Shown: positions 1 through 21,000 of the stretch, in pieces
Numbering within the stretch: position 1 is the first letter of the stretch
How the letters are laid out: each line of letters starts with the position of its first letter
NCBI GenBank assembly: GCA_964276515.1
Contig: OZ193909.1
Coordinates: 8,618,001-8,682,000, forward strand
Length of the DNA: 64,000 nt
Direction of reading: 5' to 3'
DNA from: Gordius albopunctatus
Taxonomy: Eukaryota
Translations under genes and position numbers: made by a program
The notes under the pieces: generated by a model
Databases searched by the model: none
What the model was told of the DNA's origin: nothing
Seen by the model: the letters and a program-made list of their open reading frames with translations, nothing else

Positions 1-1893
1 CATTCCGAAAATACGCATTTAGATTTTTTAGCTAAAATTTTGTCTTAAAATTTAAAATCTTACCCTGAGACATACTTTTGTCATTTTCTAAATTCTCGAA
101 AGAACTAACGATTGAGAAAAATCATCGCGATCTATCCCTTTTCTCTTGAGTAGTAGCCATTTTCATGTCTTTAAATTTGGGGTGAAGCGCCGTAGCCATT
201 CTATGCAAGGAATGGATGGTATATTTTTGATTAATCAATTCTTTAATTTTATTTTTGATATTTCTAATTTGATTGTCCCAAAATCCATCATATTAATTAA
301 TTTCAATTTCCATAAAAATACATAAGGCATAGTGGATTTTGAGTCCGCCTCTAATTGTGTGCTCGCTTCTTTAAATGGCACAATAACTCAGTAGTAGATT
401 TTAGCAAGGGTTTGTTTATATTAACCAACATAAAGGTTTCATTCCTTTTTGTTAAAATCTCTTCAATTTCATCTAACATGTTATTACCACTTTCCAAAAG
501 ATTCAATTTAGAATTCCACCTAACAACTACATCTTGATATAAACAATGGCTTAGATTTCTATTTAGGCCACTTTGTTTAAAGTACACTACAAGAGTTTTA
601 GTGTCATTTATCATGTTCAATACATCTGGAGCATTTGCCCCCAAAAATAATTCATTAAAAGCCCCTATTATTTATCTGGTGAGCCTTACAATCCAGTCGT
701 CTATAATTTTGTAGAGCTTTTATGATATTGGCTCCTTGATCTGAAACAAATGTAATTTTAAAATATCATCCAGAGATAATCCGAATGATGTTAACTTATT
801 AAGGATTTCACTTTTAATATTTTCTGCATTTTTTTTTCTTTCATGTTGGAATTGTGCTGTGAACAATATCATTAACAAGTTTATCATTAATGTAGTGTAT
901 ATTTAATGTTATATAAGGATTCTTAGTATAGTCATCTGTCCACCCACAGGTCTGTTGTTGCCAAACACAATCCCCTTTCCACATATGATATTACTTCTGG
1001 TAAAATTAGCTTTCTTACAGCAATGGCAGACTGCTTAACATGCCTGGCTACAGAAGTTTGATGAAGCATTATGTCCTCTATCTTCACTTGTCCAACTATT
1101 GAAACACTATCCATCAGAAATTGGCAAAAATTTTTAAATCTTCAAAGGGTCTTAAATCTTTGGCCTAAAAATTATTTGCCTCATCTATTATTTTGTTTTT
1201 AGGAGTTTCACTTTTTTTGTATCCATCACCGTGACAAATTGATCCATCGTTCCAGACTTTGATTCATTGCTAGCACATTTAAGTCTTTTAATAGAAGATG
1301 TTTCATCAGATGGTTTGTAGGATAAATACTTTTTGCAAGTTTTGCAGATGCAAATACTAGCTTGGTTGTCATTTTCATGCAGTAGTATATTAAACTTTTT
1401 CCACATTTCACTCTTCAAATTATGGTTTAATTTTATTTCGAGATTATTATAAGTTCTTTTGTCAGCCATTATTAATTCTTCAGACATGCTAATATGTTAT
1501 GTACTATTTCTAAAAAAATTATTTAATTAAAATATAAAATTTTGTTATAGAGTGAAAATCTCAAATAGTTATATAATAAAGTTTTATAATGAGAATATTC
1601 AAAATATTTATCTTGAAATTTTATTAACTTACTCTTAAGTTTGTGGCTAGAAGGATAAAGAAGTTTATTCCTGGTATTTTTGTAAATGAATGAATGAATA
1701 AAGAAGGAAATTCAAATGTATTTTCATTGTCAATTTGACAAAAATCAATTAAAAATTAATAAAAAAAAGTTTAATACATTTTTGTTTTTACTTTATATTT
1801 CTAAAACTAAACTATTTTGCAACGGGCTTTTAGCGAGCCTCAGTTTAATGTAGGCTCGAGCCCGTTAGACTAGCCGGGCCGTGCAGGTCTCTA
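1..1893 (-). mobile_element. Degenerate hAT DNA transposon (BED-finger transposase pseudogene); the other end lies outside the window
   Basis: Minus-strand ORF fragments: BED-like W..F..CKTCKKYLSY (1188-1487), 'LATTDLW' (932-1114), 'TDQGANIIKAL'-like motif (~715-750), 'DVVVRWNS' (351-644) and 'MATALHPKFK' (~170-200), broken by stops/frameshifts. Terminus CAGGTCTCTA at 1884-1893 with subterminal GGGCC/GCCCG motifs. Confidence 0.85.
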
Positions 1894-3558
1894 AAAGTGC
1901 ATACTCATAACGGGCGCTTGGAAAATAGGCTGTTGATTGGTTCATGGATGGGGACTGAGATTGCAAACCTTTTTCCCATTAGCTCTGCTAACAAATTAAA
2001 AATAAAGATGGCGACAGCCTTATGTGAATAAAGCCCCTTGGCCGTTTACTTAAGTTATAACTATGTCAAGGGTCCAGCTACTTGCAATATCTTACGTTTT
2101 GAACTTGCTTTTATCACTTCTTAACTATGCCATGTTTAAATTCCTTAATTTTCTATCAAGTTCGATCTACGCGATAGCTAACCATATAATTAATTTTGGA
2201 CTATATTAATATGTATACACACGGGGTCACAGGAGCTGCCTTGCACAACCAGCGTTGGCATAACACCTCTTAAATTCACTCATTCGTTAGTGGCTCTCTA
2301 TATGCAGTTGATGGAGAATGGTCGTCGTCACGGAGTTAGCAATAGTTAACGCTGCCACCCTAAAAATCAATCATAGGAGAAAAAGTGGGGGGGGGGGTGA
2401 GGTGGTGGAATATAAGTGTATAGTTTAGTTTCAATCGACTCCACGTCAAAATTACTCATTCGATTCATATATGTGCATGTATTGTGTACACGCCAAATGA
2501 AAGTTTATCTCCCAATATATTATATATCTATCTAGTATCATCAAATATGTGCTAGCTGTATTTAATTTATTCCCGTCTCCCTTCTTTCCTATCACTATTG
2601 CATTCTCACTGAGCGCCAATTGGTTGGTAAGCGATGACCGAACCACCGTTTGGCCGGCCACACTAAGAAGATAAATCTTTTGCTTTGTCCCCCTGTCTAA
2701 ATATCTTTCTCTCCCCCCCCCCCTTACCTTCTCTTCCTAGCTAGCGAATGGAGTTGCTATGCGGAATATTAAGTAGTTGAACTCTGTCAGCATTCTTATT
2801 TTAAGACCGGACCTATAGGCGGCGGGCGGTAGTAGTCTGGATGCGAATTGTGAGAGGAATTATTGATCAGCAGCAACCATTTAACACATAGATGGCGCCA
2901 CATAGTTCTTCTTAGGGTCGGGCAGTTCTTTAAAAAATTAAGAATTTCAATCGGATGCTGCTATTAGGACATGGTTAAAATGGGGCGAAGCGTGGTCTTA
3001 CAAGAACACTCCTTCCGTGTTAGCGCCGTATTTAGCGCTTATGAAACGGCGATATTGATTTTACCGTGGAATAATCCGCAATCAATAATTCTAAATTTGT
3101 CTATAAATAAAAACACAAATTAATCCAACGATACCAAATCTAGTAACAAAACTAACAATAAATGGAAGTTTTCGTGATTTGTAATAAAAATAAATTAGTA
3201 CTTGTTTAATAAGCATGGATACTTGTGTTGTCAATGAGTTTGATAAACCCAACTTTTTATTACCAAAACTTTTTACGCTAAGACATTCTCAGCTGTTAAG
3301 GGCATTTAGGTTATTTATATTTAAAAAAATTACAATGATATTAATTTGCATGCCACTTGCAAGCCTCATCCACGATTCAAATGTACTAATATAACGTTGC
3401 ATAGCATGAACATGAAGGGATGGATGATAGCCAAAAAATTTTAATTTTACTTCATCTTTAGTTTAATGTTTTAATAGCTTTTCTAAAGCGTTAATGACAT
3501 TTTTCATTGACACATCAATTCAAAATTAACACCCATTTGTCGATTCATTACTAAACTT

Positions 3559-10226
<6,668 letters not shown>

Positions 10227-10314
10227 CCCTTTTTTAACGTTATCGGAAGGCGATGGTAATAATATGCACTGCAGTGTTTCGATTTATGAAAAGTATTTTA
10301 TTTTTAATTTACAA

Positions 10315-10458
10315 TTCTTCTTCTTCTTTACCAGTTATTTGATAAGTTTCTTCCATCTTGACCGGGTGAGTGCCACGTTTTGACCAATCTATTTAGTTTT
10401 CATAACTTTATCAACCTGCCCTTTCCACGTGACACGGGGGCGTCCTCTTCCTCCCTTC
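10315..10458 (-). mobile_element. Heavily 5'-truncated RTE LINE 3' end in the probable JNK 3' UTR (antisense)
   Basis: Highly similar to 32664-32835, including the (GAA)n tail and the segment encoding RGRPRVTWKGQVDKVM. Confidence 0.85.
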
Positions 10459-11986
10459 GGTGTTAAATAATTGCATATAGTAGTAACATTCAAAAAATTA
10501 CATCGAGGTACGAGTTGTTGAGATTTTGCAGGTTTTTTTAAATTTAAATGATTTAAAAACTAGTTGCATTGATGTGTGAATATATCATACCATTCCTAGA
10601 TAGCAATTTCATCAATGGGGACGCTGAAATGTTAAGTGATTGTTGCGATCCATCCGACTCTTCATGTACATGCAATCTTATAAACAAGCATTAATTTAAG
10701 CCTATAAAACTTCTTTTGTATAAATAGGCCATTGAATGATCCTCTATCATCTTTATACGAATGGTAATAATTAAATTATTGATCCCCGTATATTATATAC
10801 CCGTTTTTATTCCCTAAGCTATAAAACTTGTGTTTTAGCTCAATTTGTGTCATGATGAAAATATATATTTCTGATGTTGTTGCGATTAACCTGCCGCATT
10901 TTATATTACGACGGTATAAATATTTTTATATTTCAAATATTTAATAAATGTAGCATCGCACAGAAGTTTACATATTGTGTTTGGTCTAAAACAATCATAC
11001 TCTGGTTTTCTCCAAGATTACGGTGAGAATTTTAAATTGCTACAATGTTTGCCATGTGCCTTTTATAATTTCTGAGATAATTATTGTTGACCCAAAATTA
11101 GTTAAGGTAATCCGTTGCATCTAGGATTGATGTAACAACTGGGAAAACTTAGAAATAAAGTAAATGATAGTTTTGTTATCGTAATTATACAAAATTTTTA
11201 CAGTCTTGCAAAAGTTTTAGTTTCCATCGGGAACTTAAAGGTCTTATCAATTTTCAAAATGTAATTACCATTTAAAATTAAAGGAGCTTTATAATTGTGA
11301 TTAAAATAATAAAATGATTGGATGGTTTGGTTATTTCATGCAATTTATATTTTTAACTAAAAATTATGCCTAAGAACTTAATCATACTAATATTTCTTCA
11401 AGTTTTAAGCCACCACGAGTCTGGGTAAAATTATATAAGTTATAAGGGGTTTTTCATTCAAATAATTAAATTTATTCTTCCTAATTAAATTTTCATCAAA
11501 ACTTCTTAAATTCACCTTAGGAACATCATTAAAAGATTTTCAAATAAAATTAAGCGAAAGAATGTGAGAACTTTTTGATATTTGATTCATTTTGCCTCGA
11601 GATGAAGATTCATTATGAGTCTGTATAATTAAATTGAAAGAATTATATGTAAATAAGCAGCCAATTAAAACGACAAATAGAAGTGGTATAATTTTCGCCT
11701 TCATATTTGCAATTATGATCTCATTCGTTTGGATGTAAAATTCAGTTTATATATTTAAAAAATTTTTATAGTTGATCAACTACAATTGAATAAAATATAG
11801 TATAACAACAAATGACTAGTGTCACGACGAGTAATCATCACAATGGTATCCAACAACATAACGCATAACATTTTAAAGAGGGTGTAACAAATCATAATGG
11901 AATTGTTTTTGAAGAATGAGTTGTGTCAAACAAAATTAATGATTTGTAATTGGGGCTCGTGCATATTTTTTAAATATCGATCGTAA

Positions 11987-14900
11987 TCAGGCAGTGTAAG
12001 TTGAAGATGAGATATCGCCTCCGTGTCCCGTCCAATTGGTGTGAATGAAATGGCCAGGGTTATTGAGCAATTCGTATGTGTGGGCCCCAAAGTAATCGCG
12101 TTGCGCCTATCATAATAATTAATGCAAGTGTTAATGACACGTGCGACCAAGAAGTTATATAAATTGCTTTTAAAATAAAATACAATAATCCTATAAGTTT
12201 GATTTAAAAGAAGCCACATTTAAATGTTATCAAAATAAATTTTATAGTAGAATGGTATGTGATTTTGTGTGTATGCTATTATTAATTAAACATTAGTCAT
12301 AATATGTATAAACTAAAAGCCCTTTTAATCGTAATTAGCAATTACTACAAAATTAATCATTTTAAAATTCAACGATTATATGTTTAATAAAGAACTTGCC
12401 TGAATGAGATTTGCTGGCAGAAACTCGCTCCTATACCCATCATAAAAAGCTAAGGCTGATGAGAAACAGGGTAGAGGTAAACCGTGTAGAGCACCCGTCG
12501 CAACAATCTTTCTCCAAGGATCCTGTTAAGTTTAAAAATGTTGTAGTGCTAAAATATAAACACAAACGAACCTGAGCTTCGGAAAGGGCTTTAAGGAAGA
12601 AATCATCAACCATGAGGTTATGAAGATCCGGTGCTTTCACAAATGCTTCTTTGATATTCTTCAGGAAAGCGCTAGATTAATTCGCAAAGCATTATTTAGC
12701 TAATAAAAACTACGTTTTAAAATAAACATTCGCATTTATGATATATTTTAAAAAGTATTCATAATTTTCTTTATTAGAGATGAGCTCTAAATAATTTTTT
12801 GTTTTAAGTTTTAAAGGAATTTTTCGCTCTTTTATGATTTATATTATAATTACCTTCTAATGATGCATCCGCCCCTCCACATTAAAGCTATGTCACCGTA
12901 ATTCAATTTCCAACCATAATTTTGGGACGCTTGCCTGAAGAGCATGAATCCTTGGGCGTATGAAATTATTTTGGATGCGTATAGAGCCTAAAATTAAGCG
13001 AACAAACATTAGAAGGTAATCTTCAAGAACAGTGAATCTTTTCATTTTAAATTTACTATTTTAAATATTATTTATTAAATTTTGCATTTATAAACGGAAT
13101 ATCATAATCTTAAAAACAAATTTTCCTAAAAAGGATAGACGATCCTAATAAAAGAGATACCTTTCGGATCCAAAAAATATATTCTTTTTTATCCTCATTG
13201 CACGCGATGGCGCGTGGTTTGGGAAAAACTTTGCTGGCAATTACGCGCTCGTCTTTCATGGCGGATAAGCATCGGGCGAAAACGGCTTCACCTAAGAATG
13301 TTTAAAATTTATAATCAAATATGACCTTTTTCATAATTAAATTCATTTAATAAAAAATGTTTGGAGTGAGTTGCAATTTTATAGCCGTAGGGGGCTAAAA
13401 ATATTGTGAGATTAAAAATAAATGTAAAAGCCGTAATAAATAAAACTATACCTATAAGTGTCACAGGGACGCCCTCTTTCAGAGCGCTAATTACGGTCCA
13501 TTTCCCAGTTCCTTTCTAACATAGTATAAAAGGGCTTTATAATATATACTAATACTTGTCCGGCTGTATCTCTGATTTCTTCAACAAGATAGGCTCCATT
13601 CTTGTCCTTAAATTTCATGATGACCGCAGTTATTTCGACGAGGAATGACTCGAGTTCTGTTTGATTCCATTCGGTAAAAACCTACAAAAATTTCATTTCA
13701 GGATTTTTTTTATATTCTAAGGTAATTGAATGCAACAAAAAATGGAAATCAAATTAGTAAGCGGCATTCTTTTTGCATTAATCTATGAAGCTATACAACA
13801 ATATTATAGAAAATCAGGGCTAAGATACCTCGGATATTTCATCCGATTTCAGGTGCATAAAACCTTTCATGAGAGCATAGGACTCCCCAATCAATTCCAT
13901 GTCACCATACTCGATGCCATTATGGACCATCTTTACAAAATGGCCAGCACCCTTATCACCCACCTATTTATTAGGCGTAAATATTATTGAGAGATTGGTT
14001 ACTACTTACCCAGTGACAACAAGGAGAGCCATCAGCTTGAGCGGCTATCGACTGCATTATATTCTTGATGTGTGGCCTTTTATAAGATATAAAATTAGTT
14101 GTTGGTATGTAAATAATGCCAATCGATAATTAAAATAGGTAATTTTATAGAAAAAAGAAAAATTATTAATCGTTAATTCATTTGTTCAAAAAAACTTGGA
14201 CAAATGTTTTTTCGTTTATACTATTGAAAATGAAATATGTAGCGCTTTTTAAAGTTCTTTATAAATAGAGGTTTGCAAGCATGCAAGATTCAGGGGGACA
14301 AAGAAGGACACCTTTTTAAAATAGACATATTTGCGTTACATATCGAAAACATAACATAATTTCTTACCAAATTTTGTGGATAAGGTTATGTCGTTTGTTA
14401 GTGAAATAAGGGTTAATAAAGAAAATTTTAAATATTAGCTTCAATACCCCCCAAAAAAATATAGTATTTTATGCTAAGCAATCAAAAATTACTATTTTAT
14501 CTATTTTGTAAATTTCTTAAGGTCATGAAATAAAAAATTGTGTTGAACCAAGTAACTAAAACTTCAATTAATGGAGTATAAAATGAATGGGCCAAAATTT
14601 TGATAAACCTTTAAGCACCACTTTTTTCTTTTTGAATCTTAAAATAACAATACAATAATAATTCACCATCTAAGGCCAACTTTAAATAAGATACTTGACT
14701 AAATTTGTCAGGAGCTCATCAGCATGCCATATTAATTTCCTAGCTATATACTTATCAAGATTGGTATATATAAGACCAAATTAGAACAAGTTCACTTAAC
14801 TTTAGTCAAATAATTTCTAGTTTATAGAAATGGCATGTAAATTAGGGTTATTATTTGATTAGCAGCTACCACCCATTGTAAATCAGGCCCACTCTGCATT

Positions 14901-16110
14901 AGCCCAAACTGCTATTGTATTCAAATCCTTATTTCAGCATCACATTAAAATTTCACCACTTTAAAATCACATTTTCTTATTTTGTTTTTAAATTAAATTT
15001 ATATTTATTTAATAAAATGGACAAAGCCTGATTATGATTATGTAAATTTGAAAATGGGATCAGCCACACTATTGCAAGAGTTTATAAAAATCAATATATT
15101 TTGAAAAATCTTAAAAGTGATATTAATCATTAACATAATGTTGCACAAAATTAAATTTTCAAATTTATTTATTTGCTTATTATTTAATAATCACACAATC
15201 ATGGCAATACTACCATAATTGTTACTAAAATATTAGTGATTAAAATTAATTAAATTTTAGTAATAATTACCATGTCTATAATTAAAAAAAAATTAATACC
15301 ATGCTTTAGGATTGCCACCAGGCATTAATGATGGCCCATATCTTGCCCCATCTTCCCCACCACTAACACCCATGCCCACATAAAGTATACCTTTTTTGTC
15401 CAAATAATCACATCTTCTCTAAAAAAGTTATTATTATTAAGCATTGTGACAAAATATAAAAAAATAATTTAATTTTATAAATAAAACTTACACTAGTATC
15501 CATAAACTCTGAATTTCCACCATCAATAATTATATCCCCAGGTTTTAAGTGAGATTCCTAATAAAAGAGTCAGAGTCATATTAGATTGAACATTTTATAA
15601 TACAAGTGTTGTCCAATTAGAAAATATCAAAGAGGTTGTATGTACTTAACCACAAAAATCTCCTAAATTTATAATTAAACTAAATTTCATTGAGCACAAA
15701 TATATATTAGTTAAAATTTACTGAAGTATATAACAAGCATTAATTTAATCAATGATTAATTAATCAATTTTTGATACTAAAAACCATGTCACTTACTAAA
15801 AGTGTAATAAATCTATCAACTGGGTCACCCGCTTTAACCATTAACCACACTATTTTTGGTGTCTTTAAATTAGCTAAAAATTCCTCAATTGAATGTGCAC
15901 CAACGATATTCGTTTTTTTGGCTTCATTTTTTAAAAAATGATCAACCTTTTCAACTGTACGATTAAATACACACACTTTAAAGCCATGATCATTCATATT
16001 GAGAACTAAATTCTGACCCATAACTGCCAGACCAATAAGACCAATATCACATTTTCTGAATAAATTAAAGAAATATATAATTCTTGAATATCGTTTTACC
16101 CTGTTGTCAT
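11987..16110 (-). CDS. PGD: 6-phosphogluconate dehydrogenase, decarboxylating (complete)
   Basis: Exons (minus): 16110-16100, 16055-15797, 15557-15492, 15418-15300, 14076-14010, 13963-13829, 13681-13556, 13515-13452, 13291-13161, 12987-12854, 12671-12572, 12522-12400, 12106-11987. Motifs: [85 protein letters not shown]. Confidence 0.96.
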
Positions 16111-18010
16111 GATAAATATTCAATTAAAATACAAGGTGATTTGAAAAATGTTTAATCAGGTGATAAAAGGGAAATTAACCACAAAAGTCATCTCGTCACT
16201 TAACCCTTAAAATTATGGTTGTCTAGGAATATTATTAGGATTATATTTAAGATCAGGATCAGTTTTTATAAATAATTTATTTAAGATTATTTAGGTTCTG
16301 TTTTAAAATTTAGTGAAAAAGGAGCTATTTTTACATATTCAAACACTTATTTTTTTTAGTTTTGTAAAATTCTAATAGGCCCTATATAAGAATTAATCAG
16401 CAAGTTTAGGGGTGGTACAAATTTAATAAAAATTGTTTATTTTCGTATGAAAATAAATTACAATCTACAATAAACACATGTATGTGCTCTATGGTATGCC
16501 AAATTAACCTCCTTGTTTGATTTATAATGCATCTTACCATTGCCATCGAAATGCTTGTAATCAACAATTGTTTTAATTGTCTAGTTTTCTCATTTCACTG
16601 GATTAGTCAGCATGGTTGAGTTAAGTTTTATTATAAAGCACCTGGTAATATGACTAGGGCCATACTTTTTATTAAGTTGAATAAAGTTGTTTCTATAGAG
16701 ATTTAAAAACATAAAATACATTTTATCTTTAATCCTGCTCCTTTAAAGGCAACAATTTATTTTTAATAGTATAAATGAAACTTTTTGCTAAACCGTTTGT
16801 ATTTAGAGCAAGCAGTTCCTCGAGAACTTTAGTTATATTTTTACCTATTCGATATTATTAGAATCTAACTAAACTCCATCGATCGCAAGTTGTTTACAAT
16901 TTTTTTTAATATTTTGGCCTTACAACTGTAACTGTAAACGACCAATATTTCACATGAACTATTTAAATGCCATAATTAAATCTTCTGCGATCAATCTTAA
17001 TGCGTTCCTATTTTTCTTTATGAATAGGCTCATGAAACCGTTAATATTGAAACCCACTTCTTTCCATTTTCTATTAATCCGATTAGGTTATTAAGCAAAC
17101 AAACTTTCTTACACAATGGGTGGAATATTTAGGTTTAGGTACAATATAATTGTATTATTTTAAACTAATTTTATTATAATCAAAGATACATCAATAAACT
17201 TTTATTTATAAGAAAATATATTAATTTTAATTAAAGAGATCTAAACTCTTATATTTCCTTGTTATATTATTCCATTCACTTTATTATATATACTACTATC
17301 TTTCTTTTTATTCTCACCATTCTCTATCTCGTATTAAACTTTACTAATATTAAGTTGGCTTGATCAATAAATTAGACTTAATTATTAGTTAAGGATTACT
17401 GAAACATTAATTTAGGGTGTTGATGATAGAGGAGGCTTCAATCCGATTTTTAACTAGAATTTTTATAAGACGACGTTCCAAACTGGAATCGTCGTTAAAT
17501 TCTTATTTAATATTATATTACAAAACTTATTGTTTAATTTTACCACTAAATTACCCTGTCAAACGTTTCTATGTGTAACTATCCGTATGAACTAAACCAC
17601 AAAACCTCTTCACTTTATTTAAATTATAAACAGAAGATTTAATTATTTTATTACTAATTCGAGTATAAAAAAGAGAAGATTTAATTATTTTATTTCATAT
17701 TCGAGTATATCATAAATATTTATTATCTAACTTTTATTATTTCTAATAGTATCTAGGACGGATAACACAGATCACAAAAATTATAACGTTTGTTAAGGTT
17801 TAAACTACTAAGAAAATTGCATTTTTATATTTTGTTCTCGACATAATTCTTTCCTGAAATTTGTTATTCACATTATTTATAATCTTTTGTTTTTTATTTC
17901 ACCAATTATATTTTACATGCATTCTTTAATAATAAAATCTGTTAAACAAAAATTGCGAAACGATGAGTTGTATAACTGTTAGACAAATTTGTAACAGTTA
18001 ACATATATAA

Positions 18011-21000
18011 TTAACAATCGACTTCACCTGATTTTATAAGAGTCACGTTTGAAGCAGAAACATTTTTTAAATCTGAGCTGTCCAAATTTTCCTGTAAAGT
18101 TTCGTTACTACTTTCGTCCTTATATTTTATAATTGGTATATGACTATCAGTAAAAGAGCCATTGCCAATTGAGAGCGTTTTTAAAGAGTTAGCCGACCCT
18201 AACTTAATTTCAGAGTTAGGGGAAGCAGCATACACCACGTTTTCTTCGTCGTTAATCGTCCCACTGTATGTTGGTTGAGGTGCACTGCTCTCAAGAGGGT
18301 CACGATAGAGAATTATTTTTTCACGCCCAAACGCTGATTTTAAAATTCTGGGATGGTTTATTGGCACTCGGTTGAATTTTACATTAGGGTCATTAGGTGG
18401 TACTTCATTACACTCAATTTCAGTCATCCGTGATGATATATTATTGCTATTTTGATCGCATTTGTGCTCGTTAGAATTAACTTGATCTTCGAGAAATTTA
18501 AATGCTTCTTTTATTTTAAGACTGCTCATTTCGTCGCCAATCATATACTGAGACATTTTTTGTTCATTAATGCTTTTAGGAATATTTCTAAAAATTTAAC
18601 TAGTTTTAAGTATGTCTACCTTGTATCAGGGCTGCCTAAATCTTCATACAATGTGGGATACTCATGTTGTTTATCCATCTATTAAATACAATGGATATAC
18701 ATTAATTAAATTTATAAATTCCTAAATAAATGTACGAAAATGTTTTACCTGACACGGGAATTCTGGAACTTTGGAACATTCACAACTTTGCGAATCAGTA
18801 TTTATTCGCGTCAATCCTGAGGAGCCAACCCCGCATTTTTTTTCTAAATTATATTTCACAAATTCATAAAACAGATTTCGATTTTCACAATTGTTATCGA
18901 CAATCGGCCTTAGATCCATCGAGTAAAATTGATCAATTATTGTTTTCAAATTATCTTCGGAATATGAAAAAAGAGGATTATCTTTTTCATCCCTAAACTG
19001 TGGCCCACAGACTCTTTCATTCAATAGTTGTTGATGATCGCTTGAATCGGCGTGCTTTGATTTTGTGCCATCGTTTATTGTGATGTGTGGAATGAAGGGT
19101 ACTTTGGTAGGCATCACATTATTTTTAACATATTGAGATGATTTTATGATTGCCTTGTCTTCAAAATGTTTTTCATCTGCATTTGTTAATTTATTATAAG
19201 GGTTTTTTTCGAAATTTTTATCCAAGTCTAAGCGGTTATATTCTTGAAAAATAAATTTAAGCATTTTTTTGAAATCATCACTAAACGTTTCATCTTTGCT
19301 ATTTCTACAATCCTCATATTCCTGATTTAGAGGTTCATTGAAGCTATTTATAAAATTGCTGTCTTGATTTATGCCCGATGCATGTTGTTGGCTATTGAGA
19401 CCATTAGCTGTTATTTCATTAATTAATCAACTTTTAAAGCATATTTATTTTAAAAAAACTATTCAAGTGAGCAAATTTGTAAACTTAAAGCAATATCTAG
19501 GCATTTTTTATGGGTCAAGTTTTATATAAATTTATAAAACTGATTATAATATTAAGTAGGATTAAACTATTATTGAAGAATTTAGTTTGATAATTGAGTG
19601 TCATTCTCAGAGATAATGGGATTGCATAACCGCTATTAAATAAGGCAGCTAAGGTGTAATAAATATCCATTTCCATCTCATATAGAGGCGTATTTTATGA
19701 TATTGATAGGTATCATTTATTCCTTTAATTGTGCTCCTTACCTGAACGATTATTTCAAGAAAAAATCGCAATTGCGCTATAAAACTTAATTAAACCGCTC
19801 TTTTGAAATAGATTAAACAATTTATTAGTCTAAGCATCCTTCATAATTAATCGCTCCTTCCATTATAATAGCCACTTGGCGTTATTAAACAATGAGTCGC
19901 AAATAAAATCAAACAAGAGTTATAATGACCAAAAGCATCTATGGAAAAATGCACTTTTATCTCGAAACATTCTCACTAAAAAACTACCTAAGAATTGTGC
20001 GTAAAAAATAATTATGGCATACCTTCGTTACATAAATTAGGAATATGTTCCAAGCATGGTCGCTGCAAACCTTTGCATAATAGTCCCTTCTCATTAATTA
20101 TATTATCGTCCAACGCGTTTACATCCAGGCTAATGTTAGATCTAAATTAAATATTCCAAATAACAGTTAGCCAGGGGGGGGAGGGGCATTCCCGCTATGC
20201 CTCCTTGGCTAAGCGTCAATAAACATAAGTTAATAATTATTTTTGCAGATTATTATTTAAATATAATCTGCCTTAAAAGGTATTTTAATAGTATAGATAA
20301 TGATATCTTTAAAACCTTTGAGATCCGTAACCAGAGGATTGTTTGCCCTCTCTTTCGAGCGTTGAATAAACACAATAATCGTTAGATAGATTTGTTCCGT
20401 TGTCTGGTGTAAGGCACATTTCGGAAGTTATTTCATCCATTTGATTATTAGAATTTTGATGTGGGTGAGGATCCTTAAATCTGTAATCAAGGGAGCTGTG
20501 GTGTCCACCTTCACAAACCGAATTTGCTGAGAGCATATAGCATTTCGCACATGAGGCGGATTGAAAATTTGTTTTGTTAAAGGGGTTAGAATTTTCATTG
20601 TTATTTAAATTAGGGTTTAAATGGAAGGTCTCTGGGTTCCCTTTATTACAAAAACTATTTCCAAATCCAAACTCCGGTAACTGGTCTGCACTCGTAGAGG
20701 CTCCTGACATTTTATCATTGATGCTGGTGTAAAGGCAATAGTCTTGAAATCTTGCTGGAGATTCTGTGAAAGAAGCAAGAAAATAATTATAATTGATTCA
20801 AAATTACCCAAAATCGTAATGGCCATATTAATATTTTTACTGCTAATACCAATAAACACCATACTTATTGAAATTTGTTATCAAATGCGAGGCTCTTATG
20901 CTATAGGTAGTATGGCAATAAAATAATCTAATACAATCTCAATCCATGGATCGATGCCAGCTCATTAATTTAATATATTTTAGCATACATCATACTTAAT

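Noticed and set aside
1900..2950. CCAAT-like (GATTGG) and AGATGGCG motifs as the JNK promoter or first exon
   Set aside because: Short motifs only; I could not pick a convincing phase-2 first exon or a start site.
16538..16546. ATGGCAATG|GTAAG as PGD first coding exon
   Set aside because: It is phase 0, but the acceptor at 16055 needs phase 2; 16110-16100 fits. It may be a UTR exon.
17630..17710. ~35-bp tandem duplication (AGAAGATTTAATTATTTTATT..ATTCGAGTATA)
   Set aside because: Two copies in AT-rich DNA; ordinary local duplication.
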